Shown here: positions 38,020 through 47,798 of the stretch, piece by piece
How positions within the stretch are numbered: position 1 is the stretch's first letter
Layout of the letters: each line of letters starts with the position of its first letter
Assembly: GCA_024276995.1 (NCBI GenBank)
Contig: JAJRWB010000014.1
Span: 138,751 to 202,750, forward strand
From: Candidatus Eiseniibacteriota bacterium
GTDB lineage: Bacteria; Orphanbacterota; Orphanbacteria; Orphanbacterales; Orphanbacteraceae
Direction: 5' to 3'
Length of the DNA stretch: 64,000 bases
Notes under the pieces: model-generated
Databases searched by the model: none
Told to the model about the DNA's origin: nothing
Seen by the model: the letters and a program-made list of their open reading frames with translations, nothing else
Translations under genes and position numbers: made by a program

Positions 38020-39945
38020 ATGACTCAAGCACTCTCCCCACCGGCCGACACGCGCGGCCGTTCCCCTTTCCGTCTCGCGGCGATCGTTTCCCTCGTTGCC
38101 GCCGGGGCGATCCTTTTCGCCGCCGGGTCGGCGGAAGGACGCGGCGGCATGCAGTCGTACACGATCACATCGTTCCGGATCGAGGGCAACCACGCGATCG
38201 AAACTTCGCAGGCGCGGAAGATCATGGCCCTCACGAAGGGAGGCCGTTTCCGTGCCGGCCGGTACCTAAAGAGGTGGCTCGATCGCGACGTGGAGGAACT
38301 CCTCCGGGTCTACCGCGCCATGGGCTACCTCGAGGCGGACGTTGTCGAGCGTCGGGTCGTCCGCGATCGGGAGAAACGGACCGTCGATATTCTCCTCGTG
38401 ATCGACGAGGGAGAGCGCACTCTCGTCGGATCGGTCGCCTTCGAGGGACTCCCCGATCTGTCGGTCGATTCGCTGGTCAATCGCCTTTCGCTCGTCGAAG
38501 GGGAACCGTTCGACCCGACCCTTCTCGGGCGCGATCAATACCGCATTTTCAGCTACCTCGCCGAGAAGGGCTACCCCGGAGCGACGGTGGAGTACGCCGA
38601 CACCACCGCCGATCATCTCGCCGCCATCACGTTTCTCATCACATCCGGGCCGCGCGCCCGGGTGGGCGAGGTAACGGTCATCGGGAACGAGACGACGCGG
38701 AGCGAATTCGTTCTAAGGGAACTCACCTTCGCGCGCGGGGAGTGGTTCAACCGCGTGACGCTTCTGCAGAGCCGGGACAGGCTCTTCCAGACCGGCCTGT
38801 ACCGGAGCGTAATCATCGCGCCGGGAAATATCACCCCGGAAAAGACGGTGCCCATTCGGGTGGAAGTGCGAGAGAGGAAACTGCGCTGGTTCGGCTTCGG
38901 TGCCGGCTTCGGAACGGAGGATCAGTTCCGCGGGTCGGTTGACTGGAACGATAGAAACGTGCTCGGTTCGGGCCGGCGGTCTTCGGTGGAGATCGTCTTC
39001 TCCGACCTGTTCGCCAACCGTGCGGTGGAGCAACGCTACCAAGCGACGCTCATCGAACCATGGATGTTCAATACACGAACCGCCGGAGCGCTTTCGCTCA
39101 CCCACCAAAAGCAGAACATCGAGAATTTCCAGATTCCCGAGGGCGCGGACTCGGGCAAGGTGATCGAACGGTATCGGTTGATCGAAACGAAGATCGCCTT
39201 CTCCCTTTCCCGGGAACTGCGCCGTTTCACCCGCGGATCGGTGTCGTATTCGATCGGATGGGCCGACGCGAGGGATCCGACCGAACCGGTGGACAGCGAC
39301 CTTCTGAAGCCGGACGCCATCGGCGCGGTGACATTTTCACTCGAACGCGATTCGAGGGACCATCTCCTCGACCCGTCGCGGGGGTCACGGAGCTACGTCT
39401 CCACCGAGTACGCCGGCACCGTCCTGGGCGGCGACAACCATTATCTCCGCTCCATCGTAGAGGGGGCGTCGTACAGTCGCCTCCCGCTGGGGGCGCTCCT
39501 CGCCTATCGGATCCAGGTCGGCCAAATCCGTTCCCTGGCGGCTGGCGGGGCGCTCCCCGACTACAAGCGATTCCGACTCGGTGGCGCGAACACCGTGCGC
39601 GGATACAGGGAAGGGACGATCGGCACGGGGAACTACAGTCTCCTTGCGAACGTCGAAGTGCGCGTACCCCTATTCTGGAAGATCGCCGGCGCCGTTTTTC
39701 TCGACTCCGGCGGCGAGTGGGAGGAGGAGAGTCGCATTTCGGGAGACGATTTTCGACTTCGCGCCGCGGCGGAAGATGTGAGAATCGACGAAGTGCGTTA
39801 CGGGGCCGGCGGGGGGCTGCGCCTCGCCACCCCCGTCGGCCCCGTGCGTCTCGATTACGGGGTGAAGCTGAAACCGGCTCTCGAGGCGAACGGCGACCGG
39901 GAGGCGGCGGCGGTGTGGCATATCAGCATCGGCCAGGCGTATTGA
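38020..39945 (+). CDS. bamA: outer-membrane protein assembly factor BamA/Omp85 family (POTRA repeats plus beta-barrel)
   Basis: 641 aa from ATG 38020. It has a signal-like N-terminus (RLAAIVSLVAAGAILFAAGSAEG), POTRA-like repeats (ITSFRIEGNHAI..., VGSVAFEGL..., VGEVTVIGNETT...), a barrel with FRLGGANTVRGY, and a terminal aromatic residue (...ISIGQAY). Confidence 0.88.
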   Translation: MTQALSPPADTRGRSPFRLAAIVSLVAAGAILFAAGSAEGRGGMQSYTITSFRIEGNHAIETSQARKIMALTKGGRFRAGRYLKRWLDRDVEELLRVYRAMGYLEADVVERRVVRDREKRTVDILLVIDEGERTLVGSVAFEGLPDLSVDSLVNRLSLVEGEPFDPTLLGRDQYRIFSYLAEKGYPGATVEYADTTADHLAAITFLITSGPRARVGEVTVIGNETTRSEFVLRELTFARGEWFNRVTLLQSRDRLFQTGLYRSVIIAPGNITPEKTVPIRVEVRERKLRWFGFGAGFGTEDQFRGSVDWNDRNVLGSGRRSSVEIVFSDLFANRAVEQRYQATLIEPWMFNTRTAGALSLTHQKQNIENFQIPEGADSGKVIERYRLIETKIAFSLSRELRRFTRGSVSYSIGWADARDPTEPVDSDLLKPDAIGAVTFSLERDSRDHLLDPSRGSRSYVSTEYAGTVLGGDNHYLRSIVEGASYSRLPLGALLAYRIQVGQIRSLAAGGALPDYKRFRLGGANTVRGYREGTIGTGNYSLLANVEVRVPLFWKIAGAVFLDSGGEWEEESRISGDDFRLRAAAEDVRIDEVRYGAGGGLRLATPVGPVRLDYGVKLKPALEANGDREAAAVWHISIGQAY

Positions 39946-39952
39946 GGGAAGC

Positions 39953-42900
39953 GTGAAAAAAGGGCTGCACATCACGAAGCTTCTCCTCGGCGTGGCGCTC
40001 CTTTCGTCGTTCGTCGTCGCGTTCCTCACATACCGCCACCAGTACTTCCGTCTCGGCGCCGAGATCGTGTCGCGGGAACTCTCCCGCGTCACCGGGGGGA
40101 CGGTGCTCGTGGGGAGTCTCGACGGGACGGTATTCGATGAACTGATCCTCCGGGACGTCCGTTTCGTCTCGCCCGACAGCCTCCGACTCGCCGCGGGGAC
40201 GATCCGCCTGCGCTACTCAGTCGCCGACCTCCTCCGGTCCCCCCGTACCGTCCGCGCCGTGGAGATCGATACGATTACCGTGGCGCTTGCGCCGCAATCG
40301 CGGGAGGACGGCCCGTCGGGGGACGGGGGCGTCCCCCGCATCGCCCTTTTCGCCGACACGCTCCTTTTCAAGACCGTCGTCGTGCGCGGCGAAGAAGGGG
40401 GCGTTGAAGAAGCACACTTCTCCGGCTCGTTCCTCCCCCGGCGCGGCGGCTTCCGTCTCTTCGTCGGCGACGCCCGGGGCGGGGTGGTCGCCGGGGGGCA
40501 CCGATTCGCCGCCCTTCTCGGTGGGACGATCGACGGCGACCCGGTGAACGGGACGCTGGCGGCCGACGTTCGTGGAACATTCGGCGGTGCGCGGTTCGCC
40601 TACACCGGAGAGCACCGTCCCGGGGATCGTTTCGCCGGGGAGGGTCGTCTCGTGGTCGACTCGCTCGACGCCATTCCGTTTCTACGGGCGTTCGCTGCGG
40701 AAGCGGAAATCGATTCCGCCGGCGGGGTGATGACCGTCGCCTTCCGGGGGAGTGTCGATTCGTGCGCCATCGTTCTCGACGGGCGGGGCAGCGTCGACCG
40801 TTTCACGGCGGATACTCTTCATGTCGAGTCCAAGTACGCCCGCGGCACCTTCGATATCGAGCGCATCGAAGGCGTCATGAACGGGGCCTTCCTCGTCGGG
40901 GAGGGCCTTTGGCGATTCGGCTCGCCCGACTCGGAGGGAGAACCGAACCGATTTTCCCTCCGATTTCGCCATGTCGACGCGGCGCATTTCGCGCCCGGCA
41001 TCGACCGATCGTCGGATCTGTCGGGCGAGGTCAGCTGGAAGGGGCGGGGCACCGACTTGACCCGACTCAGTGGACAGATCGATGTTTCACTCGTGGAAAG
41101 TCGTGTCGGGGATATCGCGATCCGCCGGGCATCGATCCGCGGTAGTGCGTTCCCCGGGGGACTGACCATCGAAAGGAGCGAAATCCTCACGGCGAAGTCC
41201 CAGCTCGGCTTCGGCGGCGTGGTCCGCCTCGACGGAACGATCGAAGGCGATGTAAGCGCCACGATCCCCTCCCTCGCGGAGTTCCGGTCTCTCACGCCGT
41301 TCGATACCCTGGGAGGCTCGGCGAGGATAAATGGGTCCGTCTCCGGGACGTTGGAGCGTTTACACGCGGAGGGAGAAGTGGAAATCGACTCCGCGTTCCT
41401 CGAGGCGATCAGCTTCGAGAGCGTCGACATGAACGGATGGCTCGACTACGACGGCGGCGCTCTCGAGGCGGGAGGGGAAGCGCTCTGCCGTGCGTTGCGC
41501 GGCGGAGACGACCGCATCGATTCGCTCCGCGTCGAGGTGACCCTCGGCGGCGACACGCTTCGCCTGGAAAACCTCTCCGCCTGGAGAAGAGAATGGTCCC
41601 TCCTTGCGGGCGGGATGGCGATGGTCACCGACTCGAGCCGGTTCATCGATTTACGGGATATCCACCTTCGGCGGGGGGAGGAAACGATCGCTCGGCTGGC
41701 TCATGTGCGGATCTGGAAGAAGGGGGACCGCCTCGGCATCGATCCGCTGTCGTTCCCCTTCGGCGAGGGAACGGTGAGCGCCCGCGCCGTCCGGGGCCCG
41801 GACGAAGCGATCGACGCGGCGGTCGAGGCGGCCGGCTGCGATCTCTCCCTCCTGTCGGACAGGATCGGAATCGACCGGCGATTCCTCCGGGATGTCGATC
41901 TCACCGTCTCCGTGGGCGGCACGCTGGACGATCCAACCGGTTCGCTCTTTCTCGATCTGCGCGGAGCGGCACAAGACAGCCTTCCCTTCCGCGAACTCAC
42001 CGCCGCGGGGCGCTTCGCCGATTCCCACATCCTCCTCGACTCCGCCGTGGTGCTCGGGCACGCCCGGGGCGCGCGCCTGAAAGCGTCGGGCACCATCCCC
42101 CTTCCCCCCGATCGCCCCGGTGGTCGGATCGCCATCGACCTGAGCCTTCGCCGCTATCCCCTCGCGGAACTCCACTTTCTCTCCGACAAGATCGAACCTT
42201 TCGAGGGAAACGGCACCGCCGATCTTCGCCTTTCCGGGTCGTGGGCCGAACCGCTCTTCGAGGGGCATTTCGACATCGACTCCACCATGTGGAACGACTT
42301 TCCTATGGGAAGGGTGCGCGGCGACTCGATCCGTTACGGCGGAGATTCGCTCGTCGCCGTCCTTAGGCTCGACGATTCGTGGGGAAAGGGGAACCGTCTC
42401 TTCTGGCGTCTCCCCGCGCGGCTCGATCCCGCCGGGAAGGATTTCTCTTTTCTCGACACCGGCCCCTTTCGGGCGTCCCTCCACATACCCCGCGGCGACT
42501 TCGGTCTCGTCTTCGCCCTCACCGATCTCGTAGAGGACGCATCGGGAACATTCTCCCTCGATGTGACTCTCGAAGGCGACCGCTCCTCTCCTTCGATGGA
42601 TGGCGTGTTCGAACTGGAGGACGGCTTCATCCTTCCGGCGGAAGTGGCCGCCTACTTCGAGGATGTCCGCGCACGGATCCTGATCGACGAAGATTATCTC
42701 ACCATCGTGAGTGCGTCGGCCCGTTCGGGGAAGAAGGGACGGATCGACGCATGGGGGCGTGTAGATATCGACCATCTCGTACCGGCGGGGTATGACCTCG
42801 AAGCGCGGGCGAAGGGATACGAGATCCTCCTCGCCGACGGGCCGGACGGAACGATCCGCACGACCTTCGACGGCGAGCTCGAAGTGACCACCGACGATGA

Positions 42901-43783
42901 GTATTTCGACCGGCTCGTGCCGCACATTTCCGGCACCGTCGATTTGAGGGAACTCCTTTTGGAGATCGAGTTCCGGGAGCCGGAGGAGGGGGTGCCGACC
43001 GTCTTCGATCCGACCGCGCGCCCGGCGTGGACATGCGATATACAGGTAAACGCCCCGAAGAAGATCACCGTGCGGAACAGCGTTCTCGATGCGGAACTCG
43101 GGGGCGAGGCGCGTATCACCAAGAGCGCGGGCGGCTTCGGGGCCGTCGGCGATTTCGACATTTTCCGGGGAACGTATTGGGTGCTGAACAACCAGTTTCG
43201 CAATGTCGAGGGGAGACTCGTCTTCGGTGATCCGTACGACATGCGGAACGTCGACATCGACGCCACGGCGCGAACCGAGGTTCTCGGAGAGAGGATCGAC
43301 GTCGGCGTCACCGGCCATCCCGATTCCCTCGTGGTGTCGTCCAGCTCCGAATCGGGCATGACCGAGGAGGAGATACTCGCCATGCTCACCGTGCGGGCGA
43401 TGCCTGAGAAGACGGTCAACTCGGGCGAACTCCTTTCGTCGTGGCTCACGTCGTTCGCCAACCGTTTCAGTCGAGAGGTCGCCCACGGCCTGGGCGATAT
43501 GGGGACGATCGAGATCGGCACGAGCGATGATCTTCCGGAGATCCGCTACGGCAACTATTTTTCGAACGATCTCTTCCTCGGTTTCTCTCAGAAGCTGCGA
43601 AGTCCCCTCGACACGCCATCGCGCGAACAGGGACCGTACCGAGAAAACCTCCCTGTGCCCGACCGCCAGGTTCGTGTAGAGTACAGGCTGCGCCGGTCAC
43701 TTGTGGTGCAGGGGGAAGCGGGCACCTTCGACGACGGGGGCCGGTTCGTCAATGTCGATCTGAAAGTCAAGCTGCCTTACTGA
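39953..43783 (+). CDS. tamB: TamB/AsmA-like translocation and assembly module protein (DUF490 C-terminus)
   Basis: 1276 aa with a single N-terminal TM anchor (LLLGVALLSSFVVAFL), a long beta-rich repetitive body and a DUF490-like C-terminus. It lies immediately downstream of bamA. GTG start. Confidence 0.8.
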   Translation: MKKGLHITKLLLGVALLSSFVVAFLTYRHQYFRLGAEIVSRELSRVTGGTVLVGSLDGTVFDELILRDVRFVSPDSLRLAAGTIRLRYSVADLLRSPRTVRAVEIDTITVALAPQSREDGPSGDGGVPRIALFADTLLFKTVVVRGEEGGVEEAHFSGSFLPRRGGFRLFVGDARGGVVAGGHRFAALLGGTIDGDPVNGTLAADVRGTFGGARFAYTGEHRPGDRFAGEGRLVVDSLDAIPFLRAFAAEAEIDSAGGVMTVAFRGSVDSCAIVLDGRGSVDRFTADTLHVESKYARGTFDIERIEGVMNGAFLVGEGLWRFGSPDSEGEPNRFSLRFRHVDAAHFAPGIDRSSDLSGEVSWKGRGTDLTRLSGQIDVSLVESRVGDIAIRRASIRGSAFPGGLTIERSEILTAKSQLGFGGVVRLDGTIEGDVSATIPSLAEFRSLTPFDTLGGSARINGSVSGTLERLHAEGEVEIDSAFLEAISFESVDMNGWLDYDGGALEAGGEALCRALRGGDDRIDSLRVEVTLGGDTLRLENLSAWRREWSLLAGGMAMVTDSSRFIDLRDIHLRRGEETIARLAHVRIWKKGDRLGIDPLSFPFGEGTVSARAVRGPDEAIDAAVEAAGCDLSLLSDRIGIDRRFLRDVDLTVSVGGTLDDPTGSLFLDLRGAAQDSLPFRELTAAGRFADSHILLDSAVVLGHARGARLKASGTIPLPPDRPGGRIAIDLSLRRYPLAELHFLSDKIEPFEGNGTADLRLSGSWAEPLFEGHFDIDSTMWNDFPMGRVRGDSIRYGGDSLVAVLRLDDSWGKGNRLFWRLPARLDPAGKDFSFLDTGPFRASLHIPRGDFGLVFALTDLVEDASGTFSLDVTLEGDRSSPSMDGVFELEDGFILPAEVAAYFEDVRARILIDEDYLTIVSASARSGKKGRIDAWGRVDIDHLVPAGYDLEARAKGYEILLADGPDGTIRTTFDGELEVTTDDEYFDRLVPHISGTVDLRELLLEIEFREPEEGVPTVFDPTARPAWTCDIQVNAPKKITVRNSVLDAELGGEARITKSAGGFGAVGDFDIFRGTYWVLNNQFRNVEGRLVFGDPYDMRNVDIDATARTEVLGERIDVGVTGHPDSLVVSSSSESGMTEEEILAMLTVRAMPEKTVNSGELLSSWLTSFANRFSREVAHGLGDMGTIEIGTSDDLPEIRYGNYFSNDLFLGFSQKLRSPLDTPSREQGPYRENLPVPDRQVRVEYRLRRSLVVQGEAGTFDDGGRFVNVDLKVKLPY

Positions 43784-43813
43784 TTCGGCCGACCGCGCCG
43801 GGGAGGAGGAACG

Positions 43814-46039
43814 ATGATCGGCCGCGATCTCACGGCGAAGCTGAACGCCGAGCAGAAGGAGGCGGTGCTCCACGACGGCGGGCATCTTCTCGTTCTCGCC
43901 GGCGCCGGGAGCGGTAAGACGCGCGTGTTGACCTACCGTTTCGCGCACCTGGTTCATGAGCGCGGCATCCACCCGTCGTGCATTCTCGCCGTCACCTTCA
44001 CGAACCGGGCGGCGGCGGAGATGCGCGAGCGGATCGCTGCGCTTCTCGGCGCGGGGCTGAGCGCCCCGTGGTGCGCCACATTTCACTCGGTGTGCGCCCG
44101 GATTCTCCGCCAACTCGCCCCGCGCGCCGGGTTCGATCGGCGTTACACGATTATCGACGGCGACGACCAAAGAACGTTGATCAAGGCGATCTGCCGCGAA
44201 GAGGGGCTCGACCCGACGCCCGAAAGACTCGCCCGGCTCCGGTCGTCGATCAGCCGGAGAAAATCGGGACGGCCGCCGGCGCGGCGTCCTCCTTTCGGCG
44301 CCGACGCGGCGGGCGAGGACGACATCGTCTTCGATCTCTACCAGGAGGCGCTCCACCGGATGAACGCCTTCGATTTCGACGATCTCCTTCTCAAGCCGCT
44401 CGAGATCTTTCGCGAGCGGGCCGACATCCTCGAAGAGTACGCCGGACGGTTTCGCCACGTCCTGATCGACGAGTTTCAGGACACCAACGCCGTTCAGAAC
44501 GAACTGACCCGGTTGTTCTCGTCGGTTCACGGCAACGTTTGCGCCGTGGGCGACGATGACCAGTCGATCTACCGATGGCGGGGTGCCGACATCGGGAACA
44601 TCCTTTCATTCGAAAAGAGCTTCCCCGGGGCGCACGTGGTGAGGCTCGAACAGAATTACCGGTCGACGAAACCGATTCTCGACGCGGCTGCGGCGGTGAT
44701 CGAGAACAACCGGGGACGCCGGGGAAAACGGCTCTGGACCGGCCGGAAGGGGGGAGATCTCCTGGCGAAGCTCACGCTCCGGACGGAGAGAGAGGAGGGG
44801 ATGTTCATCGCCGGGGAGATCCAGCGGGCGGTGGTGGGAGGGGGGCGAAGAGCGTCCGACTTCGCCGTCTTCTTCCGAACGAACGCCCAGTCGCGCTCTC
44901 TCGAGGATGGTCTGCGACGTCATGCCATACCGTATAGGCTCGTGGGAGGGACGCGGTTCTACGAAAGGAAAGAGATCAAGGATCTTCTCGCGTATCTCCG
45001 CCTTCTTTCCAACGGGAAAGACGACGTTTCCTTCGACAGGATCATGAACGTTCCCGCCCGGGGACTCGGAAAAACGACGCAGGAACGGTTGAAGCGCCAC
45101 GCCCGCGCGAAGGGGATCTCCCTTCTCGAGGCGGCGGAGCGGCCCCGGGAGATCGAGACTCTCGGAGCGCGTGCGGCGAAGCGGCTGGAGGAACTTCATA
45201 CCTTCATCGATACGTATCGACGCCGCGCCGTCACCGAGGCGCCGCATTCTCTCGTGCGTGATCTCGTCGAAGAACTCCATCTTGTCGAGTATTTCGGCGA
45301 AAAGGAAGGGGAGAAAGGTTCTTTGAGGGGGGAGAACATCGGCGAACTCGTCTCGGCGGTGGCGGAGTTCGAAAGACGCCATCACGAAGCGCTTCTCTTC
45401 GATTTCCTCGAGGAAGTCTCTCTTCTCACCGACATCGACAGCTGGGATGACGAGAATGATGCCGTGGCGCTCATGACGCTTCACAATTCGAAGGGACTCG
45501 AGTTCCCGTGCGTCTACATCGCCGGCATGGAGGAAGGACTTCTTCCCCACGCCCGTTCGCTCGCGGAAGAAGAGGAACTTGAAGAGGAGAGGAGACTCTT
45601 TTACGTCGGTCTCACCCGAGCGATGGAAAAGGTCACTCTCACTTCCGTTTCGAGCCGTATCCGGTTCGGTGAAATCGCCCCTTCCGTCCCTTCGCGGTTC
45701 CTCTCCGAGATTCCGCCGTCCCTCGTGGAAAGAACCGGTCCGGTCCGGTCGCGCGCAGCGGGTCATCCGTCGCGCCGCACCGGCGGCGACTCGTTCTTCC
45801 CCGACTACGAGAACGAGTCGCAAGAGACGTTCGATGCGACGTCGGATGACTACGACTACCGGCGGGGCGAGACCGTGAAGCACGCCGCATGGGGTTACGG
45901 CACGATCGTATCGGTTCACGGAACAGGTCCGACGACCACGATCACCGTCTCTTTTTCGGCGGGTTTCACGAAGAAAATCATGGTACGCTACGCGTCGCTC
46001 GAACACGATCGAGGGAGAAGCGGCCGTGGACATCGATAA
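43814..46039 (+). CDS. pcrA: ATP-dependent DNA helicase, UvrD/PcrA family
   Basis: 741 aa with AGAGSGKT (Walker A), TFTNRAAAEM, IDEFQDTN, GDDDQSIYRWRGA, NYRS, TLHNSKGLEF and the C-terminal Tudor-like GTIVSV. Confidence 0.93.
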   Translation: MIGRDLTAKLNAEQKEAVLHDGGHLLVLAGAGSGKTRVLTYRFAHLVHERGIHPSCILAVTFTNRAAAEMRERIAALLGAGLSAPWCATFHSVCARILRQLAPRAGFDRRYTIIDGDDQRTLIKAICREEGLDPTPERLARLRSSISRRKSGRPPARRPPFGADAAGEDDIVFDLYQEALHRMNAFDFDDLLLKPLEIFRERADILEEYAGRFRHVLIDEFQDTNAVQNELTRLFSSVHGNVCAVGDDDQSIYRWRGADIGNILSFEKSFPGAHVVRLEQNYRSTKPILDAAAAVIENNRGRRGKRLWTGRKGGDLLAKLTLRTEREEGMFIAGEIQRAVVGGGRRASDFAVFFRTNAQSRSLEDGLRRHAIPYRLVGGTRFYERKEIKDLLAYLRLLSNGKDDVSFDRIMNVPARGLGKTTQERLKRHARAKGISLLEAAERPREIETLGARAAKRLEELHTFIDTYRRRAVTEAPHSLVRDLVEELHLVEYFGEKEGEKGSLRGENIGELVSAVAEFERRHHEALLFDFLEEVSLLTDIDSWDDENDAVALMTLHNSKGLEFPCVYIAGMEEGLLPHARSLAEEEELEEERRLFYVGLTRAMEKVTLTSVSSRIRFGEIAPSVPSRFLSEIPPSLVERTGPVRSRAAGHPSRRTGGDSFFPDYENESQETFDATSDDYDYRRGETVKHAAWGYGTIVSVHGTGPTTTITVSFSAGFTKKIMVRYASLEHDRGRSGRGHR

Positions 46040-46313
46040 GGACGAAGCGAAGAGGATCGCCGAGCTCGCCCGTCTCGGCCTCGACGATGACGACGCGAAG
46101 CGTCTCGCCGAGGAGATGGCCGCCATCCTCGAGTGTTTTCGCGCCCTGCGCGAGGCGGACGTGGAAGGTGTCCTCCCGTGGATCGCCCCGGTAGCCGGGA
46201 GCGCTCCGGAGCGGCCGGATATCGTTGAAAAGAGTCGCGCCGGGAAGAACGCCCTCGACGGCGCGCCCGACCGTGCGGGACGACACTTCCGCGTCCCCCG
46301 GGTGATCGGCTGA
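46026..46313 (+). CDS. gatC: Asp/Glu-tRNA(Asn/Gln) amidotransferase subunit C
   Basis: 95 aa with IAELARLGLDDDDAKRLAEEM...IL. It sits directly before gatA-gatB. GTG start overlaps the pcrA end. Confidence 0.88.
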   Translation: MDIDKDEAKRIAELARLGLDDDDAKRLAEEMAAILECFRALREADVEGVLPWIAPVAGSAPERPDIVEKSRAGKNALDGAPDRAGRHFRVPRVIG

Positions 46314-46316
46314 CCG

Positions 46317-47798
46317 ATGGATCTTCGAAACGCACCCGCCCACACAATCCGCGATGCGATCCGCGACGGCTCGATCGAGGCGCGGGCCGTCGTGGAGTCG
46401 GTGCTCGACGCCATCGCCCGTGATGAATCCGATCTCCACTGTTACCTCCATCTCGCCGGGCGCGATCGCCTACTTGAGGAGGCGGATCGCGTGGATGAAG
46501 CCCGCAGGAGGGGAGATCCCCTCCCCCTGCTGGCGGGTATTCCGTGCGCGTTGAAGGACAACATCGTCGTGAAGGGGATGCCCGCCACGTGTGGCTCGAA
46601 AATGCTCGAGCGTTTCCATCCTCCCTACACCGCCACGGCGGCAAGGAGACTCCTCGACGCCGGAGCGCTCATCACGGGAAAGACGAACATGGACGAGTTC
46701 GCCATGGGTTCGTCCACGGAGAATTCCGCTTTCGGAGCGACACGGAATCCATGGGGGCGTGATCGCGTTCCGGGAGGATCTTCCGGCGGATCGGCGGCGG
46801 CGGTCGCCGCGGGCGAGGCGCTCTTCGCCCTCGGGTCGGACACGGGCGGGTCGATCCGCCAGCCGGCGGCGTTTTGCGGCGTCGCCGGTCTGAAACCGAC
46901 GTATGGGGCGGTATCCCGACGCGGCCTCGTCGCGTTCGCCTCGTCGTTCGACCAGATCGGGCCGATCGGCCGATCTGTGCGGGACGTGGCGATGGTGTTC
47001 GACGCGATCGCGGGTGTCGACCCGCGCGACTCGACTTCGGCGACGCGCGAAGGGGGCGGCACGGAGGAGACGCTCGACGCGGGTGTCGCGGGCCTTCGGG
47101 TCGGTGTGGCCGAGGAGTTCTTCCGCGAAGGACTCGACGCCGAGGTGGCACGGGCGGTCCGTCGGGGGATCGAGGCGCTCCGCGTCGCCGGGGCGGCGGT
47201 GGTCGACATTTCGCTCTCTTCGAGCCGCTTCGCCATCCCGGCGTACTACATCGCCGCGGACGCCGAGGCATCGGCCAACCTCGCCCGTTTCGACGGCGTC
47301 CGCTACGGCCTCCGCCGCGGCGCGAGCGGATCGCTCGGCGGGATGTACCGGGCCACGAGAAACGACGGTTTCGGCGCCGAGGTGAAGCGGAGGATCCTCA
47401 TCGGCACGTTCGCTCTTTCGAGCGGCTACCGGGAGGCGTGGTATGAAAGGGCGATGAAGGTGCGATCGCTGGTAGCCGCCGATTATGCCGCCGCCTTCGA
47501 GATATGCGACATCATCGCAGGACCGGCGACGCCGACCACCGCGTTTCGTCTCGGTGAGAAACAGAATGATCCGCTCGCCATGTACCTCTCCGACGTCTAT
47601 ACGATCTCCGCGAACCTGGCGGGACTCCCCGCCCTCGTCGTTCCGTGCGGGTCGGACCGATCGGGCCTTCCGGTTGCGATCCAACTCACCGGGAGGGCGT
47701 TCGACGAAGCGACGCTCCTCGGTGCGGGGGCGGCCGTCGAAAGGGCGGGTCTTTTCTCGGGCGGGCCGCGCGCCGACGGGGGGGAGCACCATGGCTGA
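46317..47798 (+). CDS. gatA: Asp/Glu-tRNA(Asn/Gln) amidotransferase subunit A
   Basis: 493 aa with the amidase signature GGSSGGSAAAVAAG...GSDTGGSIRQPA. Confidence 0.96.
   Translation: MDLRNAPAHTIRDAIRDGSIEARAVVESVLDAIARDESDLHCYLHLAGRDRLLEEADRVDEARRRGDPLPLLAGIPCALKDNIVVKGMPATCGSKMLERFHPPYTATAARRLLDAGALITGKTNMDEFAMGSSTENSAFGATRNPWGRDRVPGGSSGGSAAAVAAGEALFALGSDTGGSIRQPAAFCGVAGLKPTYGAVSRRGLVAFASSFDQIGPIGRSVRDVAMVFDAIAGVDPRDSTSATREGGGTEETLDAGVAGLRVGVAEEFFREGLDAEVARAVRRGIEALRVAGAAVVDISLSSSRFAIPAYYIAADAEASANLARFDGVRYGLRRGASGSLGGMYRATRNDGFGAEVKRRILIGTFALSSGYREAWYERAMKVRSLVAADYAAAFEICDIIAGPATPTTAFRLGEKQNDPLAMYLSDVYTISANLAGLPALVVPCGSDRSGLPVAIQLTGRAFDEATLLGAGAAVERAGLFSGGPRADGGEHHG

Noticed and set aside
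41651-43486. Other long antisense or out-of-frame ORFs in the track. Examples are 502-1434, 2495-3892, 5533-6822, 7211-8758, 22728-24107, 41651-43486, 44606-46414, 46470-47813, 52148-53620 and 60964-62721 on the minus strand, and the many Arg-rich + strand alternates
   Set aside because: The reasoning is the same as for the dnaK antisense ORF. Each lies entirely inside a confidently assigned conserved gene, has an Arg/Pro/Gly-dominated composition, and has no family resemblance.
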